This document shows positions 19,903-29,742 of a stretch of DNA of 64,000 nucleotides, piece after piece. How positions within the stretch are numbered: position 1 is the stretch's first letter; each line of letters opens with the position of its first letter. A program made the translations under genes and the position numbers. The DNA lies in NCBI GenBank assembly GCA_041749335.1, contig JBGTBM010000007.1, forward strand, positions 85,408 to 149,407. Reading direction: 5' to 3'. Source of the stretch: Patescibacteria group bacterium (GTDB taxonomy: Bacteria; Patescibacteriota; JABMPQ01). The notes under the pieces are model-generated. The model did not search any database. It saw nothing but the letters and a program-made list of their open reading frames with translations, and had not been told where the DNA came from.

Positions 19903-21033
19903 ATGAAAATTTTTTATATCGCCACTACCGTCCATCTCGGTAAAAATTTAGACGAAGGCTTGGGCAGCACCACCCATACTTATTTTATTGCCAAGGAGCT
20001 TACTAAGTTGGGGCATGAAGTGCATGTAATTTCCAAAAGGTATTCCGATGATGCTAAATTTGAAATAATTAATGGCATTCAAGTACATCGTTTAAAAAGA
20101 GGAGTGGTGGCATCCGGAAAATCATTGGAAAAAAGCCCTTTTAAAAAATATTTTAAGCCGTTTAAGGCTTTTTTGAATATCGTTTTAGCTTATCAAATCT
20201 ATAAATTAGTGGATCAATACGGCTGCGATATAATTTTGGAACGGAACCATTCCTTGGGAGTCGGCGCACTAACTTCTTATCTGACCGGGCGCCCCTTGGT
20301 ATTGGAGGTGATTGATAGTATTTTAAGCAAATATTCGATCAAGCGGGCAAAACATATCATCGCCTATACCGACCGATTTTTTAGAAAAACCGATCAGTCC
20401 AAAGTTAAGTTGGTTAAGGTGGGTTTTGATCCTTCAACTTTTTATCCCGAATTTATGAAAACAAAGTATGATATTTGTTATGCGGGATCTTTCAAGCCTT
20501 GGGACGGCGTAGAAGATTTAATCGTGGCGATAAATTTATTAGTGAACAGATATCATTTAGATAAAGTCAAAGCGGTGATGGTCGGATCGGGAGAAGTTTT
20601 TGATCAGGCTATGAAACTTATCAAAAATTATAAACTGGAAAATAATATTATTATGGCGGGGCGGGTGGAAATTGCAAAAGTTCGAAAATATATCAATAGC
20701 TCGAAATTATGCGTGGCGCCTTATAATATTAAAAAATCCGATCGCGGGGAATTTGATAAATATGGATTCTATTACGCTCCGCTTAAAGTAGTTGAATATA
20801 TGGCTTGCGGAATGCCGATAGTGGCAACTAAGTATGTGATGATAAAAAATATATTGCCTCAAAACGGAGCAAAATATTTTGCCGAGGGCGATGTAGACGA
20901 TTTAGCCATTAATATTAAAGATGTGCTAAAATCCGATCAAATTTTAGCCATGGGAGAAAGTAATTTAAAGGAGTCCAAGAAATATACATGGCAAAAAGTG
21001 GCAGCGGATTTCGATCGAGTCTTTAATAGTTGA
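19903..21033 (+). CDS. Glycosyltransferase family 4 (GT-B)
   Basis: N-terminal GT4 domain (IATTVHLGKNLDEGLGSTTHTYFIAKELTKLGHEVHVI) and a GT1/4 C-terminal domain. Confidence 0.7.
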   Translation: MKIFYIATTVHLGKNLDEGLGSTTHTYFIAKELTKLGHEVHVISKRYSDDAKFEIINGIQVHRLKRGVVASGKSLEKSPFKKYFKPFKAFLNIVLAYQIYKLVDQYGCDIILERNHSLGVGALTSYLTGRPLVLEVIDSILSKYSIKRAKHIIAYTDRFFRKTDQSKVKLVKVGFDPSTFYPEFMKTKYDICYAGSFKPWDGVEDLIVAINLLVNRYHLDKVKAVMVGSGEVFDQAMKLIKNYKLENNIIMAGRVEIAKVRKYINSSKLCVAPYNIKKSDRGEFDKYGFYYAPLKVVEYMACGMPIVATKYVMIKNILPQNGAKYFAEGDVDDLAINIKDVLKSDQILAMGESNLKESKKYTWQKVAADFDRVFNS

Positions 21034-22192
21034 TTTGTCTAAATAAAACTTTTTCTAACTCTTTGGCAAGGTTGGGATAAAAATAATTTTGCGCCTTAAT
21101 ATGTCCGCTTGCTCCGAAATTATCTCGGAGATTTTTATTTTTGAGCAGTTTTTCCAATGCATTTTCCAGGGCAATTTGATCCCAAGGTTCAATCAATAAT
21201 CCATTTACGCCATTATCAATCACAAAAGGCACTCCGCCGGCATTTGTGCCAACGCTGGGTTTGCGCTGCGCCATTGCTTGTAAAAATACCTGGCCAAAAG
21301 CTTCATAACTGGATGGCAGAACTAAAATATCGCAGGCGGCCAGCGCGTCATTTTTATCTTGGCCGTAAAGTGGTTCCAGGATAAAAACATTTTTAATATT
21401 ATCTTTTATAATTATCTCCTTAAGCTGAGTAGTAAATTCCAATTTGTCATAATCTTTATCATCGGGGCCAATATAGACAAGTTTGGCATCCGGAATTTCT
21501 CTTTGGATATTTTTAAAAGCATCAAGCAGCATAAAAATTCCTTTTTGTTTGCGAATTCGCCCTAAAAATAAAATAATTTGGCTTCTGATGCCGAACCTCC
21601 GATAAAAGTCAGTTGGGCTGCCGGGTGTTAATTCATCTTTGGTTAGTCCACATGGAGTTTCATGGACTTTATTTAGATCAATGTCCTGTTTTTTCAACCA
21701 GGGGATTACAGCTTGAGTGCGGATAAATATATTTGTGCATTTATTAAAGATCCGGCGTGCAAAAAGGCGGTCAAACAGATCGAGCGGTATTTGCTTGTAA
21801 AAGGCTCGAGGCTTTTTTTGCGATTGGATGTCATAGAGCAACACGGAAAAAGGAATATTGTTTTTCCGGCAATACCTTAGTGCTTGCCAGGTTTGCGTCT
21901 GAGCATAATCCAAACTCATTACTGCGTCCAATTTATATTTACACATTTTTTTACTAATGCCCGGCCAATATTTTGCTCGATAAAAAAAACCATAGCTAGG
22001 TAGGCGATGAATTCTGACTCCTTCTATAACATCTTCAGGCTTATCGGCTTTCTTCGTAGCTTGGGTGAAAACATGGACTTCATGCCCCAAATTAGAAAGC
22101 TCTCTGGTGATATGCAGGGAATACCACTCAATGCCGCCGGCCATGTCGGGATAATAATTAGGGCAAATGTATCCGATACGCATATATTTCAT
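21023..22192 (-). CDS. Glycosyltransferase family 4
   Basis: ICPNYYPDMAGGIEWYSLHITRELSNLGHEVHVFT; EAFGQVFLQAMAQRKPSVGTNAGGVPFVIDNGVNGLLIEP (the E-X7-E-type motif region). Confidence 0.8.
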   Translation of the reverse strand: MKYMRIGYICPNYYPDMAGGIEWYSLHITRELSNLGHEVHVFTQATKKADKPEDVIEGVRIHRLPSYGFFYRAKYWPGISKKMCKYKLDAVMSLDYAQTQTWQALRYCRKNNIPFSVLLYDIQSQKKPRAFYKQIPLDLFDRLFARRIFNKCTNIFIRTQAVIPWLKKQDIDLNKVHETPCGLTKDELTPGSPTDFYRRFGIRSQIILFLGRIRKQKGIFMLLDAFKNIQREIPDAKLVYIGPDDKDYDKLEFTTQLKEIIIKDNIKNVFILEPLYGQDKNDALAACDILVLPSSYEAFGQVFLQAMAQRKPSVGTNAGGVPFVIDNGVNGLLIEPWDQIALENALEKLLKNKNLRDNFGASGHIKAQNYFYPNLAKELEKVLFRQINY

Positions 22193-22234
22193 TAAAACAA
22201 AAATAACTTAAGGTCGTTGTTTTGTTTCCATGTT

Positions 22235-23242
22235 TTAAAGTTCATTTGTTTCGCCGCAAACTTTGCATAGAGGCAGTTGACGTCTTTTCATCAGCTTGCG
22301 GGTTGATCTATATCTCTCACTATTCCAGATATTGTTAAAATTTTGTTCGAAAATATTACCCATCTTATATTTACCCTTAATATCATAACAACAAATGCAA
22401 ACAGTGCCGTCTGCCAAAATAAAACTGCGCTGGACATTGCTACAGGCAAAATCTCTTTTTAAGTTTTTTTCATTATCATATCGGCTTTTGCCGGAATCGG
22501 GCAAATATTCCGCTGCCAACTTATCGCTTTGTTCCCGGCTTAATATCCAGGAAGGTATTCCTAAAGATTTGACCGCGTAATCAACTTTTAAATCTTGCGC
22601 AATTTCTTTAAATTTATCTTTTTGCTGTTGATTTATTTTAGAAAAAATAAATTGCAATTCAATTTGCGGTTTTAGCTTTTTTTGAATTGTCTTTTCATTG
22701 TTGATGAATTTTATGGCGTTAATTACTTTATAAAAATCTCCGCCTTTGCGCATTTTTTGATAGGTTTCATTATCGGTGCCATCCAACGATACGATTAATT
22801 TATCTAGGCCGCTTGCGACAATCTTTTCGGCCGCGCCTTCATCGATTAAATTGGCATTACTGCTGGTAGTGGTATGAAGGTTATTCTGGTTAGCGTAGCT
22901 TACCATTTCTGTGAAATGAGGATTTAAGAAAGGCTCGCCGGCCAAAAAAAGCCAGATATGATGCGTGTGATTTTTTATTTTATTAATGGTTTGTTTAAAT
23001 TCATTTAAGGTCATCGCACGCCTGGGGCGTTCAATCAGGCAGGGCGGCGATGAGCAGAAATCACAATTTAAGTTGCAAACATTAATTGGTTCAATGCTGA
23101 TATTCCTGGGATAATTAAGAAATATTTGCTTGGGAAATATTTTAAATAAATGATAAATTTTGCCATAATCTTTGTTTTTATAATCCAGCTTTATTTCGTT
23201 TAGGTATCTTTTGGCGACGCGTTTAAATTTTTTTAAAGTCAT
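22235..23242 (-). CDS. Radical SAM protein with C-terminal SPASM/twitch Cys cluster
   Basis: CNLNCDFC (CX3CX2C) near the N-terminus. C-terminal CSNV...CICCYD...CKVCGE cysteine cluster. Confidence 0.75.
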   Translation of the reverse strand: MTLKKFKRVAKRYLNEIKLDYKNKDYGKIYHLFKIFPKQIFLNYPRNISIEPINVCNLNCDFCSSPPCLIERPRRAMTLNEFKQTINKIKNHTHHIWLFLAGEPFLNPHFTEMVSYANQNNLHTTTSSNANLIDEGAAEKIVASGLDKLIVSLDGTDNETYQKMRKGGDFYKVINAIKFINNEKTIQKKLKPQIELQFIFSKINQQQKDKFKEIAQDLKVDYAVKSLGIPSWILSREQSDKLAAEYLPDSGKSRYDNEKNLKRDFACSNVQRSFILADGTVCICCYDIKGKYKMGNIFEQNFNNIWNSERYRSTRKLMKRRQLPLCKVCGETNEL

Positions 23243-24168
23243 AGTTTTAGATAAGCGGTTAAGGCAACAATTGAAAATATAATTTCCAATAAAGTTAAAT
23301 ATAAAAAGGCATTCTGAAATTTATCCGTTTGTTCCGGGGAATCGTTTCCAATATTGAGTGAGCGTAGTCTTTTTTGTTCTCGGTCAAAGCTTTTTTTATA
23401 TAAAAAGTAATAAACTAAATAAGGGATCAGCAGGATCAAAAAAGGAATAATGGTATTTTGCAATATGGCGGCGCAGGCCACGATCGCTCCCAGGGAAAAT
23501 CTACCCACCTTGCCCAGTGAGAGTTTAGTATTGGTGAGATTATACATCTGTAAAAAAATGATGATACCACCGATCGTACTTAAAATCAGCTGCGACGTAT
23601 AGTTTTCTTCAAATACCGCCATGATAAATAAAGCTATCGTAATGATTGAGCCTAAAGCTAGATTTATTTTATTAAAGCTTTTAACGCCGTTAAAAAGCTT
23701 GGATGAAACAATGATGACAACGGGTACCGCGATAAAAAGGTAAATATTTGATTTATTTAAAGTTCCGTCAATAAAGGGATTATTTTGGTTAATAACGGCG
23801 GTTAATATGGGCATTATAGCGCAAATGAAAAAAATATTTCTTATTAAGTGAGTGGGGAATCGCAAAATATCATCAACAAAGCCGATAAAAGCGATAACCG
23901 CGATGCTTAAGAAGCTGGTGAAAAGCAAATAAGTATTTATATTTATATCGTCAGTGAAATTTTGAATGGTAAGAATAATGGAAATAACGATAAAAAAAAG
24001 CAATACGCTTAAAAGTCCTTCTAGGCTTTGTACGCGCGGTTTTTTGAATTTATTATTATCTTCGTTTCTAATCTTTTTCTTTTCTATCCAATTTTTTATA
24101 TAAGGAAATAAAGTAAAAGATAGTGTACTGGATAATAAGAAAGCGATTGTAACTAAAATCCAATTCAT
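23239..24168 (-). CDS. MraY/WecA-family paralog, degenerate (lacks PGxGG and NxxNxxDGxDGL motifs); possibly non-catalytic
   Basis: Polytopic membrane protein that shares GFVDDILRFP with the downstream paralog. It overlaps that paralog by 4 nt. The other catalytic motifs are absent. Confidence 0.45.
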   Translation of the reverse strand: MNWILVTIAFLLSSTLSFTLFPYIKNWIEKKKIRNEDNNKFKKPRVQSLEGLLSVLLFFIVISIILTIQNFTDDININTYLLFTSFLSIAVIAFIGFVDDILRFPTHLIRNIFFICAIMPILTAVINQNNPFIDGTLNKSNIYLFIAVPVVIIVSSKLFNGVKSFNKINLALGSIITIALFIMAVFEENYTSQLILSTIGGIIIFLQMYNLTNTKLSLGKVGRFSLGAIVACAAILQNTIIPFLILLIPYLVYYFLYKKSFDREQKRLRSLNIGNDSPEQTDKFQNAFLYLTLLEIIFSIVALTAYLKL

Positions 24169-25184
24169 CTATATAAATTAAATGTATGAAATATAAGGGC
24201 GATTACTGCGCATGAACCTTCAATGATCATTAATCTATGAACTAATTTTTTTTCGGTAATATTTTTTGATTTTTGCATTATCAAGTGGGTCAGTCCGTAA
24301 GCTTTTTTATATTCGCTTTTAATATTTCCCTGGCGGTCAATGACGCCTCTTTCTCTCGGCCTGGTTTTAATGGTTTTACGATCCCAGGTAATGCGCTGCT
24401 GCAATATTAAGTGTAAAAGATAAGGAATCATCAAAATTAACAGCGGATATTTAAGATTTCCTAAAATCGCTCCAACGGCAATGGCGCTGCCGGCGAAAAG
24501 AGTGCCGATATTGCCGCTAAAAATTTTGGCGGGAAACTTATTGTAAAAATAAAAGATAAGTAGTGCGCCGACCAAGGCGGCCAGAATAACCATGGCGGTT
24601 GTTTGATTAGATAAATAAGCGCAAATAAAAAGCGTAATTGATATTATTAAGCCGTTGCCGGGCATCAATCCGTCAAAATCCGCCATAATATTAATTGCAT
24701 TAGAAACAAAAACAATAATCAAGGGGACGATAATTAAAGGATAGATATAATGTAGATTGATATTTCCTAATAAGGGTACATTGAAAATAGTGCTTTGCCC
24801 GTACGCAATGGTCATCATTGGTATAGAGGCCAAGAGAGCAAAAATGGGCTTTATCGGTCTGATCGGAAACATTAAGATGTCATCTGTAATTCCCACAAAA
24901 GCCATAATGATGATTGATAAAATACCGGGAAGCAGTAGCACCAAATTAATACCATCAAAATCAAAAAGCATTTTTAAAGCGATGATGGCGGAAAGCGAAA
25001 AAAAGAAACTCAAAAGCAGGGCAATGCCGCCCAATCCCGGAATACGGCGCTGATCCAGCTTATTCATATCTGTCACGACAAATTTCTTGTATTTATGCCA
25101 TTTGATTACATAGGGAACCAGCCATAATGTTGATATGGTTGAAATTATGAAAGCGGTGATTGTTAAAAATAATTCTGATTTCAT
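24165..25184 (-). CDS. Polyprenyl-phosphate N-acetylhexosamine-1-phosphate transferase (MraY/WecA/GT4 family)
   Basis: RRIPGLGGIALL (KxxxPxxGG), GITDDIL, NAINIMADFDGL (NxxNxxDGxDGL) and FSGNIGTLFAGSA are all present. Confidence 0.75.
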   Translation of the reverse strand: MKSELFLTITAFIISTISTLWLVPYVIKWHKYKKFVVTDMNKLDQRRIPGLGGIALLLSFFFSLSAIIALKMLFDFDGINLVLLLPGILSIIIMAFVGITDDILMFPIRPIKPIFALLASIPMMTIAYGQSTIFNVPLLGNINLHYIYPLIIVPLIIVFVSNAINIMADFDGLMPGNGLIISITLFICAYLSNQTTAMVILAALVGALLIFYFYNKFPAKIFSGNIGTLFAGSAIAVGAILGNLKYPLLILMIPYLLHLILQQRITWDRKTIKTRPRERGVIDRQGNIKSEYKKAYGLTHLIMQKSKNITEKKLVHRLMIIEGSCAVIALIFHTFNLYR

Positions 25185-25209
25185 AATGGAAAGTATTTGT
25201 ATTTATCGT

Positions 25210-25335
25210 CCCCTCCTCAGATGAGGAGGGGAATTAAAGGGGAGGTGATGATTTTTAACAAACAGCACCCCCTCCTCCCGACTTAACGTCGGGATACTCC
25301 TGCCTGCGGTAGGCAGGCCCCCTCGACTGAGGGGG
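25210..25335. repeat. Cluster of 4-5 consecutive GC-rich hairpins in an AT-rich intergenic region
   Basis: cccctcctca-ga-tgaggagggg (25210-25231); tcccgac-ttaac-gtcggga (25276-25294); cctgcc-tgcggta-ggcagg (25299-25317); ccccctc-gact-gaggggg (25318-25335). The third resembles the 3209-3228 palindrome. Confidence 0.7.
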
Positions 25336-25362
25336 AGAAGTAAAAAATACTAATTCTTAAAG

Positions 25363-26205
25363 CTATATTTTACTTGATTCAATCTTTTCCCAATAGGTGC
25401 GATTATGCTTAAAATCCCACCAGGCCTTAGTCCAAGCCATAATGTCCAAAATAATATATAAAATCGTATAAGGATTTTTGAATATATACTTAATTTGGCT
25501 TAAGTTTCGCCTTTCGGAAATTTTCATGCCTTCTCGAGTAAGTTGCCACCAGCCGATGCGGTTGCGCGCTTTTTGTTTAATAAAATCAGATATGCTTTGT
25601 ACTGCCAGAACATAAGCAACGGCTTGGGGCTGATAGATTACTCTATGCCCCTGCTTTTTAATAAGCCATCCAACCAGAGCATCATCCAGTAAAAACTTGG
25701 TATCTATTTGCGGAGCGATGCTCTTTTTTACTCCCACCAGATATCCATTTAAAGCCCAAAATTTACCTGCATTATTTTCGGCAATTTTTTGCTCATTGAG
25801 GGCGATCCAGCCGGCATTTTGAATTTTATCAAAAAGGGTTTTTAGGCGATAACTTGCTACTTTTCCGCATGTAGCCGCCACCTTTTCATCCCTTAGGGTA
25901 TTCTCAATAATTTTAATTGCATCAGCGGCGATAATAACATCAGCGTCAATCATAATAATAATCTCATTTAGCGCTTGGCGCATAATTTTGTTAATGGCTG
26001 CAACCTTACCGGCTCTTTCTGTTTCTTCGATAATTTTTATCCGGGGATCATTGATTGATTTGACTTGGAAAACGGTGTCATCGGTGCAAGCGGAAGCGAT
26101 TACCAGTAGTTCATCGCCTTCTTCTAATTGTGGTAAAATTGTCTGAATAGTTTTTTTAATGCTCTTACCTTCATTATAAGCGGGAATTCCGACAGTTTTT
26201 AGCAT
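25363..26205 (-). CDS. Glycosyltransferase family 2
   Basis: VGIPAYNEGKSIKKTIQTILPQ...; DADVII (DxD). GT-A fold. Confidence 0.7.
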   Translation of the reverse strand: MLKTVGIPAYNEGKSIKKTIQTILPQLEEGDELLVIASACTDDTVFQVKSINDPRIKIIEETERAGKVAAINKIMRQALNEIIIMIDADVIIAADAIKIIENTLRDEKVAATCGKVASYRLKTLFDKIQNAGWIALNEQKIAENNAGKFWALNGYLVGVKKSIAPQIDTKFLLDDALVGWLIKKQGHRVIYQPQAVAYVLAVQSISDFIKQKARNRIGWWQLTREGMKISERRNLSQIKYIFKNPYTILYIILDIMAWTKAWWDFKHNRTYWEKIESSKI

Positions 26206-26331
26206 TGATTTATGCGCTAATTTATGATAAAATATAAATAAGAAATAAAGCTTCGTGAATAAGCCTTCCTTTTAACCAGTCTACTCAATATAGTGCAAAA
26301 AATCAATTAAAAACCTTTAAATAAGGCTAAA

Positions 26332-27231
26332 ATGATAGATATTAGGCATTTAAGCCATACTTACAAATTAAGAGGAATCAAGGCCATAGCTTTGCATGAT
26401 ATTTCTTTGAAAATCAAAAAAGGCGAAGTTTTTGGGCTTTTGGGCACAAATGGGGCCGGTAAAAGTACTTTAATTAAAATTTTAACAACCTTGCTATATC
26501 CGACGGCGGGAGAGGTGTTTATTAATGATGTAGATATCAAGAAGCGGCCGCAGGATATCAGGAGCCGCTTGGGAGTGGTTTTTGGCCAGCAGATGATCTA
26601 TACGGGACTGACCGGTCGGGATAACCTACGTTTTTTTGGCGATATATATGATGTTCAGAATTTAGAGGAAAAAATTGATAATTTAGCCAAATTTTTTGAA
26701 CTGGAGCAGTTGGATTATTTGGTAGAGGGGTATTCCAGCGGGCTGAAGATGAAATTAGCCATTATGCGCGGGCTGATTAATGATCCGGATATTTTATTTC
26801 TAGACGAACCGACTTTAGGCTTAGATCCCAATATGCAGCAAAAAATTCGCAAGAAAATCAAAGAATTGCAGAAAATGGGCAAAACCATAATTTTAACCAC
26901 CCACTATATGCTGGAGGCGGAGGATTTGTGCGATCGTATCGGCATTTTGAATAAAGGTTCGGTGGTAGCCATAGATACTCCTTTGGCCTTGCGGAAAAAA
27001 ATGCCCGGAAAAAATCTTTTAGAGGTAAAGTTCAAAAATCCCCAAGTTTTCGATAAATTCAGAAAAGACTATATTTTAACCAATGATCCTACGTTGATTA
27101 TGATTCCTATAACAGACTCCGATCATTTAAATAGCGTTTTAAAAGAACTATTGGAAAGTGGCTGTTATATTGAAGATATTAAATTGATAGAACCATCCTT
27201 GGATAAAGTATTTTCGTATTTTACCGAATAA
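26332..27231 (+). CDS. ABC transporter ATP-binding protein (Wzt/TagH-like polysaccharide exporter ATPase)
   Basis: Walker A GLLGTNGAGKST, ABC signature LSGGLKMKL-like (YSSGLKMKLAI), Walker B ILFLDEPTLGLD. Confidence 0.85.
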   Translation: MIDIRHLSHTYKLRGIKAIALHDISLKIKKGEVFGLLGTNGAGKSTLIKILTTLLYPTAGEVFINDVDIKKRPQDIRSRLGVVFGQQMIYTGLTGRDNLRFFGDIYDVQNLEEKIDNLAKFFELEQLDYLVEGYSSGLKMKLAIMRGLINDPDILFLDEPTLGLDPNMQQKIRKKIKELQKMGKTIILTTHYMLEAEDLCDRIGILNKGSVVAIDTPLALRKKMPGKNLLEVKFKNPQVFDKFRKDYILTNDPTLIMIPITDSDHLNSVLKELLESGCYIEDIKLIEPSLDKVFSYFTE

Positions 27232-27237
27232 AAAAAT

Positions 27238-28056
27238 ATGACCCTGCAGCATATTAAAAATAAAATAAAAACAATTCAAGCTTATGTAGTTAAAGATATT
27301 AAGCTTACTTTTCGTTTTCGTATGTCATTGGTCAATAAGTTTTTTGCTCCAATTTTAACGATGTTGAGCTTTATGGTAACTTATTCCGCGATCTTTTTTG
27401 GCGCGGGTACTGAAGATCTCGGCTTTGTTGACAGCAGCAACTATGTGGTTTATCTTTTGACCGGGTTTTTGGCTTATTCGGTTTTTCGCTTGGCCTGGGG
27501 AATTACCTCATTAAGAGGAGAAGTTAGCTCATTGACTTTATATGGCATGTTGATGGCTCCCGGATCGCGAGTATATATTTTGGCGGGCAAGGCAGTCAGG
27601 GCTTTGGCGGAAATATTTATTTCGGCCGGCGGATTTGCGGCGATGATAATATTTTTGAATCCCGCGATTGATGCAAAAAATTTAATCATCGGTTTGGGCG
27701 CTATTATTTTGCTTTTTATTATTTTTATCAGCCTGGATTTTATGGTTACCGCTATTGATTTAGTCAATCCCGGCATTGCAGGAGTGATTACCAGCTATGT
27801 TCCCAAGGGATTTTTACTGATTGGCTGCGTTTATTTTCCGGTGGATGTTATTCCGGAAATATTCCGTCCGCTGGTTTACATTAATCCGCTCTATCACGCT
27901 GTGAATCTTTTCCGTTCGGGTTTTATGGCGGCCGATTTGCAATTTGGCGTGATGATGCCGATGATCTATCTTTTGGTTCTGGCCTTAATAATGCCAATTC
28001 TATCGCTATACATATTTGATCTGGTATTTAAAAAATGGAATATTAGAGGATTATAA
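27238..28056 (+). CDS. ABC-2 type transporter permease (Wzm/TagG-like)
   Basis: 272 aa with 6 TM segments, immediately downstream of the ATPase. ABC-2 family architecture. Confidence 0.7.
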   Translation: MTLQHIKNKIKTIQAYVVKDIKLTFRFRMSLVNKFFAPILTMLSFMVTYSAIFFGAGTEDLGFVDSSNYVVYLLTGFLAYSVFRLAWGITSLRGEVSSLTLYGMLMAPGSRVYILAGKAVRALAEIFISAGGFAAMIIFLNPAIDAKNLIIGLGAIILLFIIFISLDFMVTAIDLVNPGIAGVITSYVPKGFLLIGCVYFPVDVIPEIFRPLVYINPLYHAVNLFRSGFMAADLQFGVMMPMIYLLVLALIMPILSLYIFDLVFKKWNIRGL

Positions 28057-28068
28057 AAAAATAATTAT

Positions 28069-28746
28069 ATGCAAAAAACAAAAACAAAAATCAAAAAAGC
28101 GGTGATCTTGACCGGAGGGTTGAATAGCCGCATGCTTCCCATCAGCAAGGTGATTCCTAAAGTGATGCTACCCTATAAGGATAAATTAACGATCCAGTAT
28201 TTAGTGGAAGAATGTGTCAATGCCGGCATTGAAAAAATATATTTTGTTGTGAGAGACGACGATTCATTGATTAAAAAATATTTTGAACCCAGCCCCCGGC
28301 TGAATTTCATGCTGCAAAAATACGGCAAAAAAGAAATGGTAGATAAATTAAACCAGATCGAAAATTATTGCGAGGTTTATTTTATCAAACAGCCCGAACC
28401 TTTAGGAGAAGCGGATGCCGCTTACGCGGTGCACGATGTTATAAACGGGGATGATTTTGCCGTTCTCTTGGGCGACACCATCTATGTCTCGGAAGAACCG
28501 GCTATTAAGCAATTAATGATCAAAACCGAAGGACAATATTGTAAATTAAAAATGGCCGATAGCCGTTTTATTTTTAGTCATAATTCCTATAAATTATTTT
28601 GTTCCCGGTATCATAAAGAAGAAGACAAAATGGATAAAAGGATTGAGGACATGTTTGAAGATGATGAAATCTGTTTTACTACTATTTCCGGCCAGAAAAT
28701 CAGGGTAGGAGAGTTGGAACAATATAAGAAATTATTTGTGGAATAA
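28069..28746 (+). CDS. Sugar-phosphate nucleotidyltransferase-like protein (short)
   Basis: KAVILTGGLNSRMLPISKVIPKVMLPY is a G-x-G-x-R nucleotidyltransferase motif like that of GalU/RmlA; DAAYAV...LLGDTI. Confidence 0.6.
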   Translation: MQKTKTKIKKAVILTGGLNSRMLPISKVIPKVMLPYKDKLTIQYLVEECVNAGIEKIYFVVRDDDSLIKKYFEPSPRLNFMLQKYGKKEMVDKLNQIENYCEVYFIKQPEPLGEADAAYAVHDVINGDDFAVLLGDTIYVSEEPAIKQLMIKTEGQYCKLKMADSRFIFSHNSYKLFCSRYHKEEDKMDKRIEDMFEDDEICFTTISGQKIRVGELEQYKKLFVE

Positions 28747-28748
28747 AG

Positions 28749-29114
28749 ATGAATGTAAAAAGATTTAAAAAAATCACGAGGAATATCATTTATGAGGTAA
28801 TTCCTCATGCAGTTCCTTGCGTCATATTATCCCTTTTTGATACTTCACAAGTCGGGATGATTTTTTTAGTGGGACTTTTTTTGCCCGATTTTTTAGTATT
28901 TTTCAGTAAAATGACAGCTTATCCTGCCCGTCGGAACGACAAGGGCGAGAAAATTGTTAGATATCCATATCTTCGGTATAATAAAATTAGAAATATAATA
29001 AAATCATTCCATGTTCTTACTTTTATGATTGCCGTAGTGGCCTTATTTTTGGGTTATCCGTTGGTATTTTTGGCAGGATTGAGTCATATTGTATTGGATG
29101 CGATAGGGTATTAA
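28749..29114 (+). CDS. Small membrane protein, unknown
   Basis: 121 aa with 3 hydrophobic segments. Confidence 0.4.
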   Translation: MNVKRFKKITRNIIYEVIPHAVPCVILSLFDTSQVGMIFLVGLFLPDFLVFFSKMTAYPARRNDKGEKIVRYPYLRYNKIRNIIKSFHVLTFMIAVVALFLGYPLVFLAGLSHIVLDAIGY

Positions 29115-29198
29115 TGTGGGGAGCGGTAGGGACTTTATTTTATGCAATATTGCTGTGGCGGAAAGTTAGACGAAAATTATCAATAAAAGCAGTAAAAA

Positions 29199-29340
29199 GT
29201 TACAAGGACACAAGATACAAGGATACAAAAATATTATAAATAAAGTCAAATAGTTGATTGTGGTTTAAATAATTTGACATAAAATAATTCAAGGAGGAAT
29301 GCATCAAGTAACAAGTGACAAGAAACAAGATACAAAAGTT
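29199..29340 (+). repeat. Heptad/octad (N)ACAAG direct-repeat arrays (two blocks)
   Basis: gttacaag gacacaag atacaagg atacaaaa (29199-29232) and caagtaa caagtga caagaaa caagata caaaagt (29305-29340). The second block overlaps the 5' end of the four-helix-bundle ORF. Confidence 0.7.
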
Positions 29341-29688
29341 CATCAATTTGATTTAGAGGATAGAACCACGGAATTTGCTAAAAGAGTGGTGAGATTATGT
29401 AGATTCATTCCAAAAGATTCTATCAATAATCGCTTGTCGGGACAGGCTGTAGGATCAGCCGGATCGATCGGGGCAAATTATCGAGAAGCAAATGATGCAC
29501 TGGGAAAAAAAGATTTCACGCATCGCTTACGAATAGCGCGCAAAGAAGCGAAAGAAGCAATTCATTGGTTAGACTTAATTGAAGAAGCTAATCCATATAT
29601 ATCTCACAGAATGAAAGAACTGAAACAAGAAGCAATCGAATTAAAGAATATTTTATCAGCTATAATTATTAACACGGAAAAGAAATAA
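29299..29688 (+). CDS. Four-helix-bundle protein (TIGR02436 / '23S rRNA intervening-sequence protein' family)
   Basis: LSGQAVGSAGSIGANYREANDALGKKDFTHRLRIARKEAKEAIHWLDL matches the family signature (Q..RSA.SI.ANIAEG ... A.GS..E). Confidence 0.7.
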   Translation: MHQVTSDKKQDTKVHQFDLEDRTTEFAKRVVRLCRFIPKDSINNRLSGQAVGSAGSIGANYREANDALGKKDFTHRLRIARKEAKEAIHWLDLIEEANPYISHRMKELKQEAIELKNILSAIIINTEKK

Positions 29689-29742
29689 TCTATAATCAAT
29701 ATATTTGGAATTTAAAAATTGAATTTTGAAATTTGTTTGTTG

